Source: an uncultured Thermoleophilia bacterium (lineage in GTDB: Bacteria > Actinomycetota > Thermoleophilia > Gaiellales > Gaiellaceae). From it: a DNA stretch of 64,000 nucleotides. This document shows positions 29,188 to 38,845 of the stretch, piece after piece. The stretch lies in assembly GCA_963821575.1 (NCBI GenBank), contig CAWGEJ010000011.1:241675-305674 (forward strand). The letters run 5' to 3'. Position numbers and translations under genes: made by a program. The first letter of the stretch is position 1. Each line of letters opens with the position of its first letter. Below the pieces are notes generated by a model, which had not been told where the DNA came from, searched no databases, and was given only the letters and a program-made list of their open reading frames with translations.

Positions 29188-30081
29188 TCAGAGGTTCTTC
29201 AGTTCCGCAAGCGCTGCAGCCGAGGGCACCCAGTCACCGGCGGCGGCGTTCGCACGCACCTGCTCCGGCTTCGTCGCGCCCGCGATCACCGACGCAACCG
29301 GCGCAACCGCAGCGAGGCCGCCAATCGCGACCTCGAGCAGCGAGACGCCGTGCCCCGCGGCCCACGCGCGCAGCAGCTCGACGCGCTCGAGGTCGGTTTC
29401 GTCGAGCGCTCGGCCGTGAAGACGCGTTCCCGGAGCAGGCGGAACGCTCGAAGAGACCTTGCCTGTCAGGAGGCCGCTTGCGAGCGGGAAATACGGGATC
29501 AGGCCGAGACCGAGCCGCTCGCACGCCGGCAGGACATCTGCCTCGATGTCGCGCTCCAGCCACGAGTACTCGCTCTGCTCGGAGACATAGGCCGGGGAGG
29601 CGAGCTCCCTGGCGCGCTCGAGACTCTCAGCACGGTAGTTCGACGTGCCGTACGCGCGGATCTTCCCCTCCTCGACCAGTTCCTCGAGCGCTCCGATCGT
29701 CTCCTCGAGCGGGGTGCCCGTGTCCTCTTCATGGTGCTGGTAGAGGTCGACGACGTCGGTCTCGAGCCGCCGCAGCGAGGCGTCGAGCGCCGCCCGCAGG
29801 TAGGCCCGCGAGCCGCGACGGTTCGCGCCGTCCCCCATCGGCTTGCCGAACTTCGTCGCCAGCACGACCTCGTCGCGGCGCCCCTCGAGTGCCCGGCCGA
29901 GCAGCTCCTCGCTGCCGCCGTGGTTGCCGTAGATGTCGGCGGTGTCGAAGAAATTCGCACCGACCTCGAGCGCTGCGTCGACGACGGCACGCGTCCCGGC
30001 CTCGTCCACGCGGCCGCCGAAGTTGTTGCAGCCGAGGCCGACGACGCTGACCGTCAACGGGCCGAGTGGACGCGTGCGCAT
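29188..30081 (-). CDS. aldo/keto reductase
   Basis: 297 aa from the internal ATG: LGCNNFGGR, FFDTADIYG, VVLATKFG and IRAYGTSNY. Confidence 0.85.
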   Translation of the reverse strand: MRTRPLGPLTVSVVGLGCNNFGGRVDEAGTRAVVDAALEVGANFFDTADIYGNHGGSEELLGRALEGRRDEVVLATKFGKPMGDGANRRGSRAYLRAALDASLRRLETDVVDLYQHHEEDTGTPLEETIGALEELVEEGKIRAYGTSNYRAESLERARELASPAYVSEQSEYSWLERDIEADVLPACERLGLGLIPYFPLASGLLTGKVSSSVPPAPGTRLHGRALDETDLERVELLRAWAAGHGVSLLEVAIGGLAAVAPVASVIAGATKPEQVRANAAAGDWVPSAAALAELKNL

Positions 30082-30100
30082 GCGGTGACCGTAGCTCCTG

Positions 30101-30135
30101 GAACCTGGTCTCCGGCAACGCCCGAGACCAGGTTC
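30101..30135 (-). terminator. perfect 12-bp stem hairpin downstream of the dipeptidase gene
   Basis: GAACCTGGTCTC-N11-GAGACCAGGTTC. It starts 6 nt after the dipeptidase stop and has no clear U-tract. Confidence 0.4.
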
Positions 30136-30140
30136 GGCCG

Positions 30141-31106
30141 TCAGCGCCAGGTCTCGCGCAGAACGCGGAGCCAGTTCTCGTGCGTGATCTTCGCAACCGC
30201 CTCGTCGTCGTAGCCGCCCGCGCGCAGCGCGTCGACGAGCTTCGGCAGCCCGGACACACCTCCGAGCTCGTCCGGCACGGCTGCGCCGTCGAAGTCGGAG
30301 CCGAAGGCGACGTGGTCGATGCCCATCCGCTCGACAAGGTAGTCGACGTGGCGCACGATTTCGGCGATCGGCGTCTCGTGCACGAGGAGGCCGTCCTCGC
30401 GGAGAAAAGTGATGGCGAAGTTGACCCCGACGACGCCGCCCGAGCCGCCGATGGCGTCGAGTTGGCCGTCCAACAGATTGCGCGACGCCGCGCAGAGCGC
30501 ATGCGCGTTCGAGTGGGTTGCGACGAGCGGTGCGTCCGAGAGCCCGGCGACGTCCCAGAAGCCCGCCTCGTTCAAGTGCGAGACGTCCACGAGGATCCCC
30601 AGCCGGTTGCAGGCCCGCACGAGCTCCCGTCCGGCAGGCGTCAGCCCACCGCCGGTGTCGGGCGATGCGGGGAACCCGAACGGCACGCCCTCGGCGAAGT
30701 CGTTCGGGCGCGACCACACGAGCCCGATCGATCGCAGCCCTCGCTCGTGCCACCGCTCGAGATTGGAGAGATCCGGTGCGATCGGCTCGGCGCCCTCCAT
30801 GTGCACGATCGCCGTGACCCGGCCCACGCGAAAGTCCTCCACCGACGTCGCGCGCTCGACCGGCAGCGAGCACAACGCGGCGAAGAGCTCCTCGGCGATT
30901 CGATCCGCCTCCTCGAACGGGATCGCGGAAGGCAGCGGCACCGCGTACGGAGTCCCGGTTGGATCCGGCGTCGGCGGCGACGGCACGTACAGGGCGAAGA
31001 AGCCGCCCGCGAAGCCCGCGGCCAGCGCTGCGTCGAGGTCGAGATGCTCCGTCGGCTCGCCTCGCCAGCAATGCAGGACGAGGTCGTTGTGCCCGTCGAT
31101 GATCAC
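30141..31106 (-). CDS. membrane dipeptidase (peptidase M19)
   Basis: 321 aa with MIIDGHNDL, VDVSHLNE and HVAFGSDFDG. Confidence 0.85.
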   Translation of the reverse strand: MIIDGHNDLVLHCWRGEPTEHLDLDAALAAGFAGGFFALYVPSPPTPDPTGTPYAVPLPSAIPFEEADRIAEELFAALCSLPVERATSVEDFRVGRVTAIVHMEGAEPIAPDLSNLERWHERGLRSIGLVWSRPNDFAEGVPFGFPASPDTGGGLTPAGRELVRACNRLGILVDVSHLNEAGFWDVAGLSDAPLVATHSNAHALCAASRNLLDGQLDAIGGSGGVVGVNFAITFLREDGLLVHETPIAEIVRHVDYLVERMGIDHVAFGSDFDGAAVPDELGGVSGLPKLVDALRAGGYDDEAVAKITHENWLRVLRETWR

Positions 31107-31144
31107 CGCCGCATCCTACGGACGGCCCGAAAGAGCGCCCGAGG

Positions 31145-31813
31145 TCAGGCGGCGACGCGCGAGACGAGGATCCGTGCGAGGCGCTGCTCGGCTCCACGGA
31201 CGGCCGGCTCGGCGAGCATCGGTGCGGTCGTCGTCAACGTGATCTCGGTGCTCTTACGGCCGAGCAGGACGACGTCGACGAAGATGCGCGCCGTCGCCGA
31301 GCCCGACTTGACATCGACGATCGTGCGGTAGGCGCGGGTATAGGGGGCGAGCGCCGGAAACGGGATCTGCCGGACGGAGACGAGTCGCTCTGTCGCCGAG
31401 AGATGCTTGGCGAGATTGCTCTTCAGGCACGGCAGCACCTGAGGCGCGAGGACCGTCCGCTGCCAGTCGAGGCCGACCATCGCCGGGGTCTGGAGGACCT
31501 GAGCCTCGCTGTCGAACTCCACCCCGGGATGCTTGAAGACGGTCTCGGCCGCGCCGACCAGCACGAGATCGGACTGCTTGGGCTGGAAGTTCGCGCAGCC
31601 GGTGGCCGACGACAGGTCGGGCCTCTTCGCACCGCCTGTCCAACCGGTCGACCCGCCGAGATCGGCGCGCTGCATCACAGCCGCGCGCGCTGCTGCCTGT
31701 CCGGCTGCGGTCAGCTTGATCTGCTCCTTGTCGGCGATCGCCGCGCCCGCGAGCAGCAGCGCTGCGCCGAGCGCACCGAGGATCGCAACCGTCTGCCTCG
31801 AGCCGATTCTCAT
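31145..31813 (-). CDS. hypothetical secreted protein
   Basis: Internal ATG gives MRIGSRQTVAILGALGAALLLAGAAIA (signal peptide). I recognised no family. Confidence 0.55.
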   Translation of the reverse strand: MRIGSRQTVAILGALGAALLLAGAAIADKEQIKLTAAGQAAARAAVMQRADLGGSTGWTGGAKRPDLSSATGCANFQPKQSDLVLVGAAETVFKHPGVEFDSEAQVLQTPAMVGLDWQRTVLAPQVLPCLKSNLAKHLSATERLVSVRQIPFPALAPYTRAYRTIVDVKSGSATARIFVDVVLLGRKSTEITLTTTAPMLAEPAVRGAEQRLARILVSRVAA

Positions 31814-31912
31814 CACCGTGCCTGAACCGTATCGGCGCGCGCGAAGCGGCTCTTGAGCCCACGGCTCGCCGCACGCAGGATTCACTAGGGTCACCTCCGA
31901 CGTGAGGACTCG

Positions 31913-32875
31913 ATGCTCAAGCTAGCCGCGGCCGCGCTCGCGGCCGTGGTCGCAACGGCGGCCGGAGCCGCGGCAGCGAAGGCCCCGCGTCCACCAGAGG
32001 CGGCCGGGGGCCGTGCCGTGACGGTCGTCGGCCGCGGCGTTCCGACTCCCACTGCGTTCGCCGTCTTCGCGGGACGGCTCTTCGTCGCCGGCTACGGCGA
32101 CGAGCACGATCCCGACGTCGCAGGCGGTCTCTACCTGCTCGGCGGGGGCAAGGCGCTGAAGGTCCCGGGCTCGCCCGACCACGTCTTCGGGCTCGCCTCG
32201 GTGCGAGGGACCCTCTATCTGAGCACGGGCGCGACGATCCTCGCCTGGAGCGGCTGGGACGGCACACGGTTTCAGTCGAGCCGCGTCGTCACCACGATGG
32301 ACGACGGCGCCTTCAACGGTCTGGCCGTCGGCCCCGACGGACTGCTCTACGCCGGAGCGAACGTGGACACCACCTCGAACCCCGCGTACGTGAGCTCGTT
32401 TCTCTCCGTCGATCCGGCAACAGGCTCGATCGACGTCGTCGCGACCGGGATCCGCCAGCCCTGGCAGCCGCTCTTTCTCCCCGGCCGGTCGTTGCCGCTC
32501 GTCTCCGATCTCAACCAGGACGACCTCGGGCCGAACCGCCCGGCCGACTACCTCGTCGAGATCGAGCGCGGCGCCAACTTCGGCTACCCGTCGTGCCCGG
32601 CGACACCGAGCACGTGCGGGAGCTACACGAAGCCCTTCGCCCAGTTCCGCGCGCACGCCTCGCCGATGGGCCTGGGCTTCCTCAGGGGCAGGCTCTACGT
32701 CGCGCTCTACGGAGGGGTCGGCAAGGGGCCCGAGGTGGTGTCGATGCCTCCGCGCGGCGGCAAGCCGATCCCGTTCCTGACCGGCTATCCCGCCCCGGTG
32801 ATCGCGGTCGGCACCGCCGGCGGGAACCTCTACACCGGCGATCAGAGCGGCGCGATCTACCGCGTCACGCCGTGA
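31913..32875 (+). CDS. secreted beta-propeller protein, PQQ-dependent sugar dehydrogenase-like
   Basis: 320 aa with signal peptide MLKLAAAALAAVVATAAGAAAA, then GIRQPWQ, GANFGYP and repeated blade-like segments. Confidence 0.55.
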   Translation: MLKLAAAALAAVVATAAGAAAAKAPRPPEAAGGRAVTVVGRGVPTPTAFAVFAGRLFVAGYGDEHDPDVAGGLYLLGGGKALKVPGSPDHVFGLASVRGTLYLSTGATILAWSGWDGTRFQSSRVVTTMDDGAFNGLAVGPDGLLYAGANVDTTSNPAYVSSFLSVDPATGSIDVVATGIRQPWQPLFLPGRSLPLVSDLNQDDLGPNRPADYLVEIERGANFGYPSCPATPSTCGSYTKPFAQFRAHASPMGLGFLRGRLYVALYGGVGKGPEVVSMPPRGGKPIPFLTGYPAPVIAVGTAGGNLYTGDQSGAIYRVTP

Positions 32876-32880
32876 CCTCG

Positions 32881-33105
32881 ATGGAGGCCCGCTGGTGGGA
32901 CATGCGGCCCGCGCAGAACCTCAAGGCGGCGAGCTACGTGTGCCCGCTCTGCGACGGGATGCTGCATGCGACCAGCGAGCACGCGCTGATCGCCCCGGAG
33001 GGCGACCTGTCGAGGAGGCGCCACGCCCACATGGACTGCGTGCTGGCGGCACGCAAGCGCGGCGAGCTGCCGACCCGAGACGAATGGCTGAAGCGTCGAC
33101 GATGA
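32881..33105 (+). CDS. small conserved zinc-ribbon-like protein
   Basis: 74 aa: YVCPLCDGMLHATSEHALIAPEGDLSRRRHAHMDC. This CxxC...HxxxC pattern is seen in small actinobacterial proteins often labelled ATP/GTP-binding. Confidence 0.55.
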   Translation: MEARWWDMRPAQNLKAASYVCPLCDGMLHATSEHALIAPEGDLSRRRHAHMDCVLAARKRGELPTRDEWLKRRR

Positions 33106-33115
33106 GGGACGAACG

Positions 33116-33487
33116 TTGTTAGGTTGCGACGTCGTGGGTGACGCAGAGGCTTGGCCCTGGCCGGACTCGCTCGACGCGCTGGTCGCGGCCGCGGCGACGC
33201 ACCGGCTCCTCTTCGAGAACGACGAGGTGCGCGTCCTCGACACGACGATCTCCCCGGGGGAAACGACGGAGCTGCACACCCATCGCTGGCCGGGCATCCT
33301 CTACGTCCTCTCGTCGGCCGATTTCGTGCGCCGGGACGGCGACGGCGCGGTGCTCACCGACACCCGCGAGAGCGGCGCCCCTCCGCCGGGCGCCGCGTTC
33401 TGGGTCGCCGCGATGCCGCCGCACACGCTCGAGAACGTCGGCGCGACCGACGTCCGCGTGATCAACGTGGAGCTGAAGAACGGCTGA
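33116..33487 (+). CDS. cupin-like protein
   Basis: 123 aa with ISPGETTELHTHRWPGILYVL...PPHTLENVG. Confidence 0.6.
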   Translation: MLGCDVVGDAEAWPWPDSLDALVAAAATHRLLFENDEVRVLDTTISPGETTELHTHRWPGILYVLSSADFVRRDGDGAVLTDTRESGAPPPGAAFWVAAMPPHTLENVGATDVRVINVELKNG

Positions 33488-33496
33488 AGTCGCGGA

Positions 33497-33859
33497 CTAC
33501 GCCTTGGCGTAGTTCGACATGCCGGTGACGTCGATCAGGACGCAAGTCTCGTCGCCGACGATCCAGGCGTCGTGACCTGGAGGCATGTAGAACGCATCGC
33601 CCGGCCCGTACTCCACCTCGTCGCCGTCGTCCATCCGGACCGCCATTCGGCCCTGAACGACGTAGCCGGTGTGGGTGGACTGGCACGAGTCGGTTCCCGC
33701 GAGCGGCTTCACATGCTCCGACCAGCGCCAGCCCGGCTGGAACTCACCGCGCCCGATCTGCAGCTGACCGACATCGACGATCTGCACCTTGCCCGTCCCA
33801 CCGACGAACTCACGAGTCTCGTCCGGGGCGTCGAAGCGCTTCTGTTCCAAGGCAGCCAT
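33497..33859 (-). CDS. cupin domain-containing protein
   Basis: 120 aa with GEFQPGWRWSEHVKP...HTGYVVQGRMAVRMDDG...GDAFYMPPGHDAW. Confidence 0.7.
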   Translation of the reverse strand: MAALEQKRFDAPDETREFVGGTGKVQIVDVGQLQIGRGEFQPGWRWSEHVKPLAGTDSCQSTHTGYVVQGRMAVRMDDGDEVEYGPGDAFYMPPGHDAWIVGDETCVLIDVTGMSNYAKA

Positions 33860-34018
33860 GACTCTCTCCTTCCAGTTGTCGACGCCGGACCATCTCAGCT
33901 CGGCGCAGGAGAGGCAAGCTCATCCCTTGACCGAGAGATCGACGAGTGGGATCCTCGACGCACGCAGCCATGCGGCGCTGCGTGACTGTGGTGTCCCCGG
34001 CGGCGGGGTGGTGGTTCT

Positions 34019-35431
34019 GTGGTGGCACGGCTTCGCGCCGTCTGCGGCGGCGTACTCGGACTCGCGATGCTCCTGGCGATCGTCGGACCTGGTGGTGCGT
34101 CCGCGCGCATCAGCGTCCTCACGGTCGATCGCGGCGACTCGGCCTGCTCCGACACCCTGACCCGCGCGCAGGTCGCCATGGGCGCGTCCTGGTGCTCCCT
34201 CGCCCCTGCGGCCCGGCTCGCCCAGCCCGGCGATCTGGTTCTCGTGCGGCCGGGCGTCTACCCGGGCGCACTGCAGCCGACGGTGTCCGGCACGGCGGCC
34301 GCGCCGATCTCGTTCCGGGCCGACGCCGGCGTTCAGCTGACCGCGACGGTCAAGCTCACCGGCGTCTCGAACATCTCCCTGTACGGGTTCAGGATCTCGG
34401 GCTCGAGCGCACAGGGCATCTGGCTCGACGGTGCCGGCAACGTGACGCTCTCGCATCTGACCGTGAGCGGCAACGCCGGCTACGGAATCGTCCTCAAGGG
34501 GACCCGTGCGGTGTCGGTCGAGAGCTCGACGGTGTCCGCGAACCTCCGCGCGGGCGTCTTCGAGACGGGAACGTCCGTCGGCGACGTGATCCAGGACGAC
34601 ACGATCACCGGCAACGGCCGGGACGGCTCGCCGTACAACGGCGACGGGATCCAACTCGCCGGTACCGGCACGCTCGTTGCCCGAAACACGATCACCGACA
34701 ACGGCGACCCCGGCCCCTACGAGCACGGCATCTACGTCGGGGCGACGGGAAACGGGTATGTGATCGAGGACAACGTGCTGTCCGGGAACGCCGCCTCCGA
34801 CATCAAGGCCGAGGGCGCCGGAACCGTTCGCTACAACCGGCTCGGGACCGCGATGTTCGGGCTCGTCCTGTCCGACGACAGCGCTCCGGTGCAGGTGTAC
34901 GAGAACGTGATCGCCGGCAACTTCCAGCACGCGATCCTCGCGACGACCGATGCGTCGCCGTCCCAGGCGGCGCTCTGGAACAACACGATCGTCCAGACCG
35001 GCCGCTCGACGGCATCCGGGAACGCGTCTGCGCTGTTCGTGCTCGCGAGCGCAGGCCTGGACGTGCGCAACAACGTCATCTGCTACACGAACCCGGACAA
35101 CCTCGGGATCGCGATCTGGATCAACTCTGCCTCGACCGTCTCCTCGCTGAGCTCCGACAACAACTGGCTCTGCACGGTCGACGCCCAGAGCCGCGCCTTC
35201 GCCTGGAACGGGTCGCGGGTCAACGCTGCCAAGTGGGCCGCCGCGACGGGACAGGACGGGCAGAGCATCCTGTCCGCGCCGCCGAGCTTCCAGCCCGATT
35301 TCGATGTCTCGGCTCCCGACCTGGGCGCGGCCCAGGGAGCATCGCTCGGCCTGGTGCGCGACATCGTCGGGACGCCGATCCCGGCCTCGGCGCCGGACAT
35401 CGGCGCCTACCAGGCACCGGCCGGCGGCTGA
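34019..35431 (+). CDS. secreted right-handed parallel beta-helix repeat protein
   Basis: 470 aa with a signal peptide and repeated PbH1-like turns (NISLYGFRISGS, NVTLSHLTVSGNAGYGIVL, VESSTVSANLRAGV, DDTITGNG, ARNTITDNG, IEDNVLSGN). Confidence 0.75.
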   Translation: MVARLRAVCGGVLGLAMLLAIVGPGGASARISVLTVDRGDSACSDTLTRAQVAMGASWCSLAPAARLAQPGDLVLVRPGVYPGALQPTVSGTAAAPISFRADAGVQLTATVKLTGVSNISLYGFRISGSSAQGIWLDGAGNVTLSHLTVSGNAGYGIVLKGTRAVSVESSTVSANLRAGVFETGTSVGDVIQDDTITGNGRDGSPYNGDGIQLAGTGTLVARNTITDNGDPGPYEHGIYVGATGNGYVIEDNVLSGNAASDIKAEGAGTVRYNRLGTAMFGLVLSDDSAPVQVYENVIAGNFQHAILATTDASPSQAALWNNTIVQTGRSTASGNASALFVLASAGLDVRNNVICYTNPDNLGIAIWINSASTVSSLSSDNNWLCTVDAQSRAFAWNGSRVNAAKWAAATGQDGQSILSAPPSFQPDFDVSAPDLGAAQGASLGLVRDIVGTPIPASAPDIGAYQAPAGG

Positions 35432-35458
35432 CCCGAAGACGAGCCAGCCAGACGGTCT

Positions 35459-35671
35459 CTAGCCGGTGAGGATGCTCCGGCCGTGCAGCGCCAGCAGCTC
35501 CGCGCGGCGGGCTGCCAGCCGTACCTGCCGGCGCTCGAGCTCGTCGACCGCCGCGTCGAGCAGACGCTGCGCCGCGATCAGCTCCTCCCGGCCGGCGGCC
35601 GAGATCGCCCAATCGACCTCACCAGGCGATGCCTCCGGGTCGGCGATCGTCCTGCCGAGTAGCGACCTCAT
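35459..35671 (-). CDS. hypothetical small helical protein
   Basis: 70-aa ORF predicted to be coiled-coil-like (ELIAAQRLLDAAVDELERRQVRLAARRAELLAL). No family recognised. Confidence 0.35.
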   Translation of the reverse strand: MRSLLGRTIADPEASPGEVDWAISAAGREELIAAQRLLDAAVDELERRQVRLAARRAELLALHGRSILTG

Positions 35672-35737
35672 CCTCCACTAGGTCGTTCGGGCCGCCGAAA
35701 AGTTGGAACGTGGCTCGACCGCTCTCGCCGGCCGAGA

Positions 35738-35983
35738 TCAGTAGGCGGGGAGCGGCGGCGGAAGCGAACGGACGGGCGATGCCTCCGGCGACTCCCTCTC
35801 TGCACGGGTATCCGTGCGGGCGTGCCAGAGGTCGATGTTCAAGCGTTCGATCTCCTCGACGAGCATCGTGATCGCCCGGCCGGCGGCGCGTACCTCCTCG
35901 CGCTGGTCGGTCTGAAGCCCCTCCCCCCACTGCCGAAGCGTCTCCACCTTTGCCTCGTCGAGGCGTTGCGCGGAGCTGCTCAA
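35738..35983 (-). CDS. hypothetical small helical protein
   Basis: 81-aa ORF with a TTG start. No family recognised. Confidence 0.35.
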   Translation of the reverse strand: MSSSAQRLDEAKVETLRQWGEGLQTDQREEVRAAGRAITMLVEEIERLNIDLWHARTDTRAERESPEASPVRSLPPPLPAY

Positions 35984-36427
35984 CGAGCCTGCGCGACCGG
36001 GTGAAAGAACAGGTTTGTCAACACGTTTTCCACAATGGCACCTCTACCCACCACGGCGATTGCCGTCGTGACCGAGCCTCGATGTTGATAACTGGCATCT
36101 GCGCGCGACGCCCCGTCAGGCTCGGCGCGGCAGGGCAAAAAAATTCACCGAGCCGGTGGCGTTTTCGTCCACCTTTCCCACGAACCTTCGGCTTGCGCCT
36201 ATGGCCCTCAGGAACGGCTTCGGTCTACTCACGCTCCGCGCTCGGTGCAATCAGCACCGTAGCTACGGCGCGATGAGCCTTCAAGACCACGCTCGTCGGG
36301 TCGACCGCAGTTTGCGGAAAAGTCGTCTCCCGACTCGGCGGGAAGGGCGACGACCGGGAAGACGGCGTTCGTGCCCGCGATAGGATCCAAGGGGGAACGG
36401 GATGACACCGCTCGAGGAGGAGTCCTG

Positions 36428-36733
36428 ATGGAGTTCGACACCACCCACGTCTGGATCACGACCCGTAAGTTGCAGCGCGGGGCACGCGAGGAGTTCAGCC
36501 GGTCGTGGCGCCCCAGCGAGTTCCCGGCGGGGATGCTGCGTGCCTACGAGTGCTATTCCGCAGATGGGACCGAGGTGGTCGGCATCTCGATCTGGGATTC
36601 GCCCGAGTCTCGTGACCGGTACCGCGTGTCGGCCGTCGAGAACGAGCGGCGCCAGGCGATGGCACCCTTCGTCCTCGAGGAGACCTCGGGCTTCTACTCC
36701 GGGCGTGAGCTGAAGATCCCGAAGACCGACTGA
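36428..36733 (+). CDS. ABM/Dabb-like small protein (antibiotic-biosynthesis-monooxygenase fold?)
   Basis: ATG preceded by GGAGGAG; 101 aa: MEFDTTHVWITTRKLQRGAREEF...VVGISIWDSPESRDRY. Confidence 0.5.
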   Translation: MEFDTTHVWITTRKLQRGAREEFSRSWRPSEFPAGMLRAYECYSADGTEVVGISIWDSPESRDRYRVSAVENERRQAMAPFVLEETSGFYSGRELKIPKTD

Positions 36734-36920
36734 ACCTGGCCGCCGGGCCGCGCGCCCCGGCAGGTTTGGAAATCACCGAAATCGGCAACCGGGATGAAAG
36801 GGACGGCCTGATTGTCCGGGTTTGGCACTGGCTGTCCCTGACCAGCCCCGGGAGGGGAGGCCCGCTTGCCGCAGGGCGCGCCTCCCCCTCGGAGGCTCTA
36901 CGATCGGACGCGGGAGGCAG

Positions 36921-37346
36921 ATGAGGTTCCTTGCCCTGAGCTTGTGCGTCGCCGCGATCGCGGCCCCCGCGGCGTTCGCGAAGGGACACATCTCCGTCGC
37001 GGTCGGCGACTCGACCCCGCGGGTGGGTCAGCCGTTCACCGTCCATGTCCACACGGGCTACGTGGTCCCGAGCGACGACTGGCTTCGGCTGATCGCGGTC
37101 GCCCCGGGGAAGAGCTGGTACGACGTGGTCGGGACGGTCACCGGAGACTCGTCCTTGACGCACGCGAACATCCCGCACGACGGCTTCGGGATCAAGCTCG
37201 TCCGGGTCGGCGCGAAGGACTGGCGCGCGCTCGTGCGGCTCCCGCGTCCGGGACGGTGGCGGCTCGTCGTCCCGAACGGGACGCATCAGGGATTCATGGT
37301 TCCGCCACCCGCGTCGTGGATGCCCTGGGTGACGGTCCACCGCTGA
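36921..37346 (+). CDS. hypothetical secreted protein
   Basis: ATG preceded by GGGAGG; signal peptide MRFLALSLCVAAIAAPAAFA; beta-rich, 141 aa. Confidence 0.55.
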   Translation: MRFLALSLCVAAIAAPAAFAKGHISVAVGDSTPRVGQPFTVHVHTGYVVPSDDWLRLIAVAPGKSWYDVVGTVTGDSSLTHANIPHDGFGIKLVRVGAKDWRALVRLPRPGRWRLVVPNGTHQGFMVPPPASWMPWVTVHR

Positions 37347-37377
37347 CTTGGCGGGGCCTGACGTCGAGCGCCGGCGG

Positions 37378-38751
37378 CTAGTGCTTCTTCGCGAAGGCCG
37401 CGCGCACCGCGCTCGCTGCGGTCATCGGCACCGAGCAGCGCGTCTTCTTGCCGCGGCACGAGCCGCTCCAACCGGTGAACTGCCAGCCCTTCGCCGGCTT
37501 CTCCGTCAGGGAGACCGCACCATAGGACGGGAACGCCTTCGTGCACGTCCCCCGCTTGCAGGCGATGCCGCGCGGAGAGCTGGTGACCGTGCCGCTTCCG
37601 GCCACCTTGACGGCGAGCGGGTAGGTGTCGGGTGCGAAGAGCGCCGTGACGTCCTTCGCCGCGTCGAGCGTCAGCGAGCAGTCGGCGTCCCCCGTGCACC
37701 CGCCGCCCGTCCAGCGGATGAACCGGTACCCGTCGGCGGAGGCGGCGCTCACCTGGATCGCGGTGCCGCGGTCCCAGTCGGTCCCGCAGGAGGCGGAACA
37801 GTCCACGCCCGGGACGTCGCTCTGGACGGCGCCGTTGCCGACGATCGTCAGGCCGAGGTGCACCTGGTCCTGGGTGTGCCTGAACCATGGCTGCACCTGC
37901 AGGTTGGTGGGCGCAGTGCCGGCCCAGTAGTCGTCGTGGCCGTAGTCGAGCTGCAGTGACGTCAGCGGAATCCCGGACTCCGCGTACGGATAGAGGATGT
38001 CTCCCGACGAGTCGCAGAAGTGGCGGATGTCACCGGGACACGTGTGCGGCGAGTTCGGGAAGCCGTCCGCCGGAGAGACCGCGTGCAGGAGCTCGTGTGC
38101 GGCAGTGCTGGCACGGTCGGCGCCGTTGCAGGCGTCCAGGAACACGGTGGCCACGCCCATGGCGGGCGAGCCGAGCGTCGCTCCCCCAGCAGTCGCACCG
38201 ACCCCGCAGGTGTTCTCCGTGTTGACGTCGTCGATGAAAACGAGGTATTTCGCCGTGCCGGCATCCGGCTGCGACTGCATCTGCGTCCAGACGAGATCGA
38301 AGACCTGGTCCCGGTCGGTCATCCCGACGCTGACGGACGGCAGCCGGATCACCTGCAGGTCGACCTGGAGGCCGCACGACGCGGCGTACATGTCGAACCG
38401 GGGCATCCGCGAGGGGTCTTCGCGCAGCCACCACGAGTTGATCTGGTCGATCCAGTCGGAGATCTGCGGCGCGTACGTGGCGCTCTGGTCGGCGCCGTCG
38501 GCGGGAATGGCATAGAAGACGCGCACCGGGTAGCCGGTGATCGCCGCCGGCCGGTCGGACGTCGACGTCGTCCCGCACCAGGATGCCGACCGCCGTGAGC
38601 CGACGGGAGCAGTCGCGACAGGGTGCGCCGACGCAGCGGTCAGCGCATCGGGCCAGGGCGCAAGCGCGGTCGCACCGTTCCCGGCGCGACCGCCGGCGAT
38701 CGCGGCGAGTGCCGCGACGAGAACGATCACCGCAGCCACGAGGCGTCTCAT
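37378..38751 (-). CDS. secreted putative zinc metallopeptidase (HExxH) with two C-terminal InlB-B-repeat-like domains
   Basis: 457 aa with a signal peptide and TAAHELLHAV. There are two repeats of the pattern G.G.V.S.P.GI.C...C...F..G..V.L.A.P..G..F.GWSG.C......C.V.M. Confidence 0.6.
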   Translation of the reverse strand: MRRLVAAVIVLVAALAAIAGGRAGNGATALAPWPDALTAASAHPVATAPVGSRRSASWCGTTSTSDRPAAITGYPVRVFYAIPADGADQSATYAPQISDWIDQINSWWLREDPSRMPRFDMYAASCGLQVDLQVIRLPSVSVGMTDRDQVFDLVWTQMQSQPDAGTAKYLVFIDDVNTENTCGVGATAGGATLGSPAMGVATVFLDACNGADRASTAAHELLHAVSPADGFPNSPHTCPGDIRHFCDSSGDILYPYAESGIPLTSLQLDYGHDDYWAGTAPTNLQVQPWFRHTQDQVHLGLTIVGNGAVQSDVPGVDCSASCGTDWDRGTAIQVSAASADGYRFIRWTGGGCTGDADCSLTLDAAKDVTALFAPDTYPLAVKVAGSGTVTSSPRGIACKRGTCTKAFPSYGAVSLTEKPAKGWQFTGWSGSCRGKKTRCSVPMTAASAVRAAFAKKH

Positions 38752-38845
38752 CGCGGGGCAGGATGCCAGATCTACCGGCCGGCGCCGTCAGGGTTTGCGC
38801 TGAGCGTCATCCCCGCGACGACGACGAGTTCGTGGCTGGTGCCGG

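Noticed and set aside
36332-36366. ACTCGGCGGGAAGGGCGACGACCGGGAAGAC resembles the 3' half of the ykkC/guanidine-I riboswitch (ACACGGCGGGA...CCCGGGAGA).
   Set aside because: The obligatory 5' elements (CUAGGGUUCCG, GGUCCGAGAG) are absent upstream, and the downstream ABM-like gene is not a typical guanidine-responsive gene.
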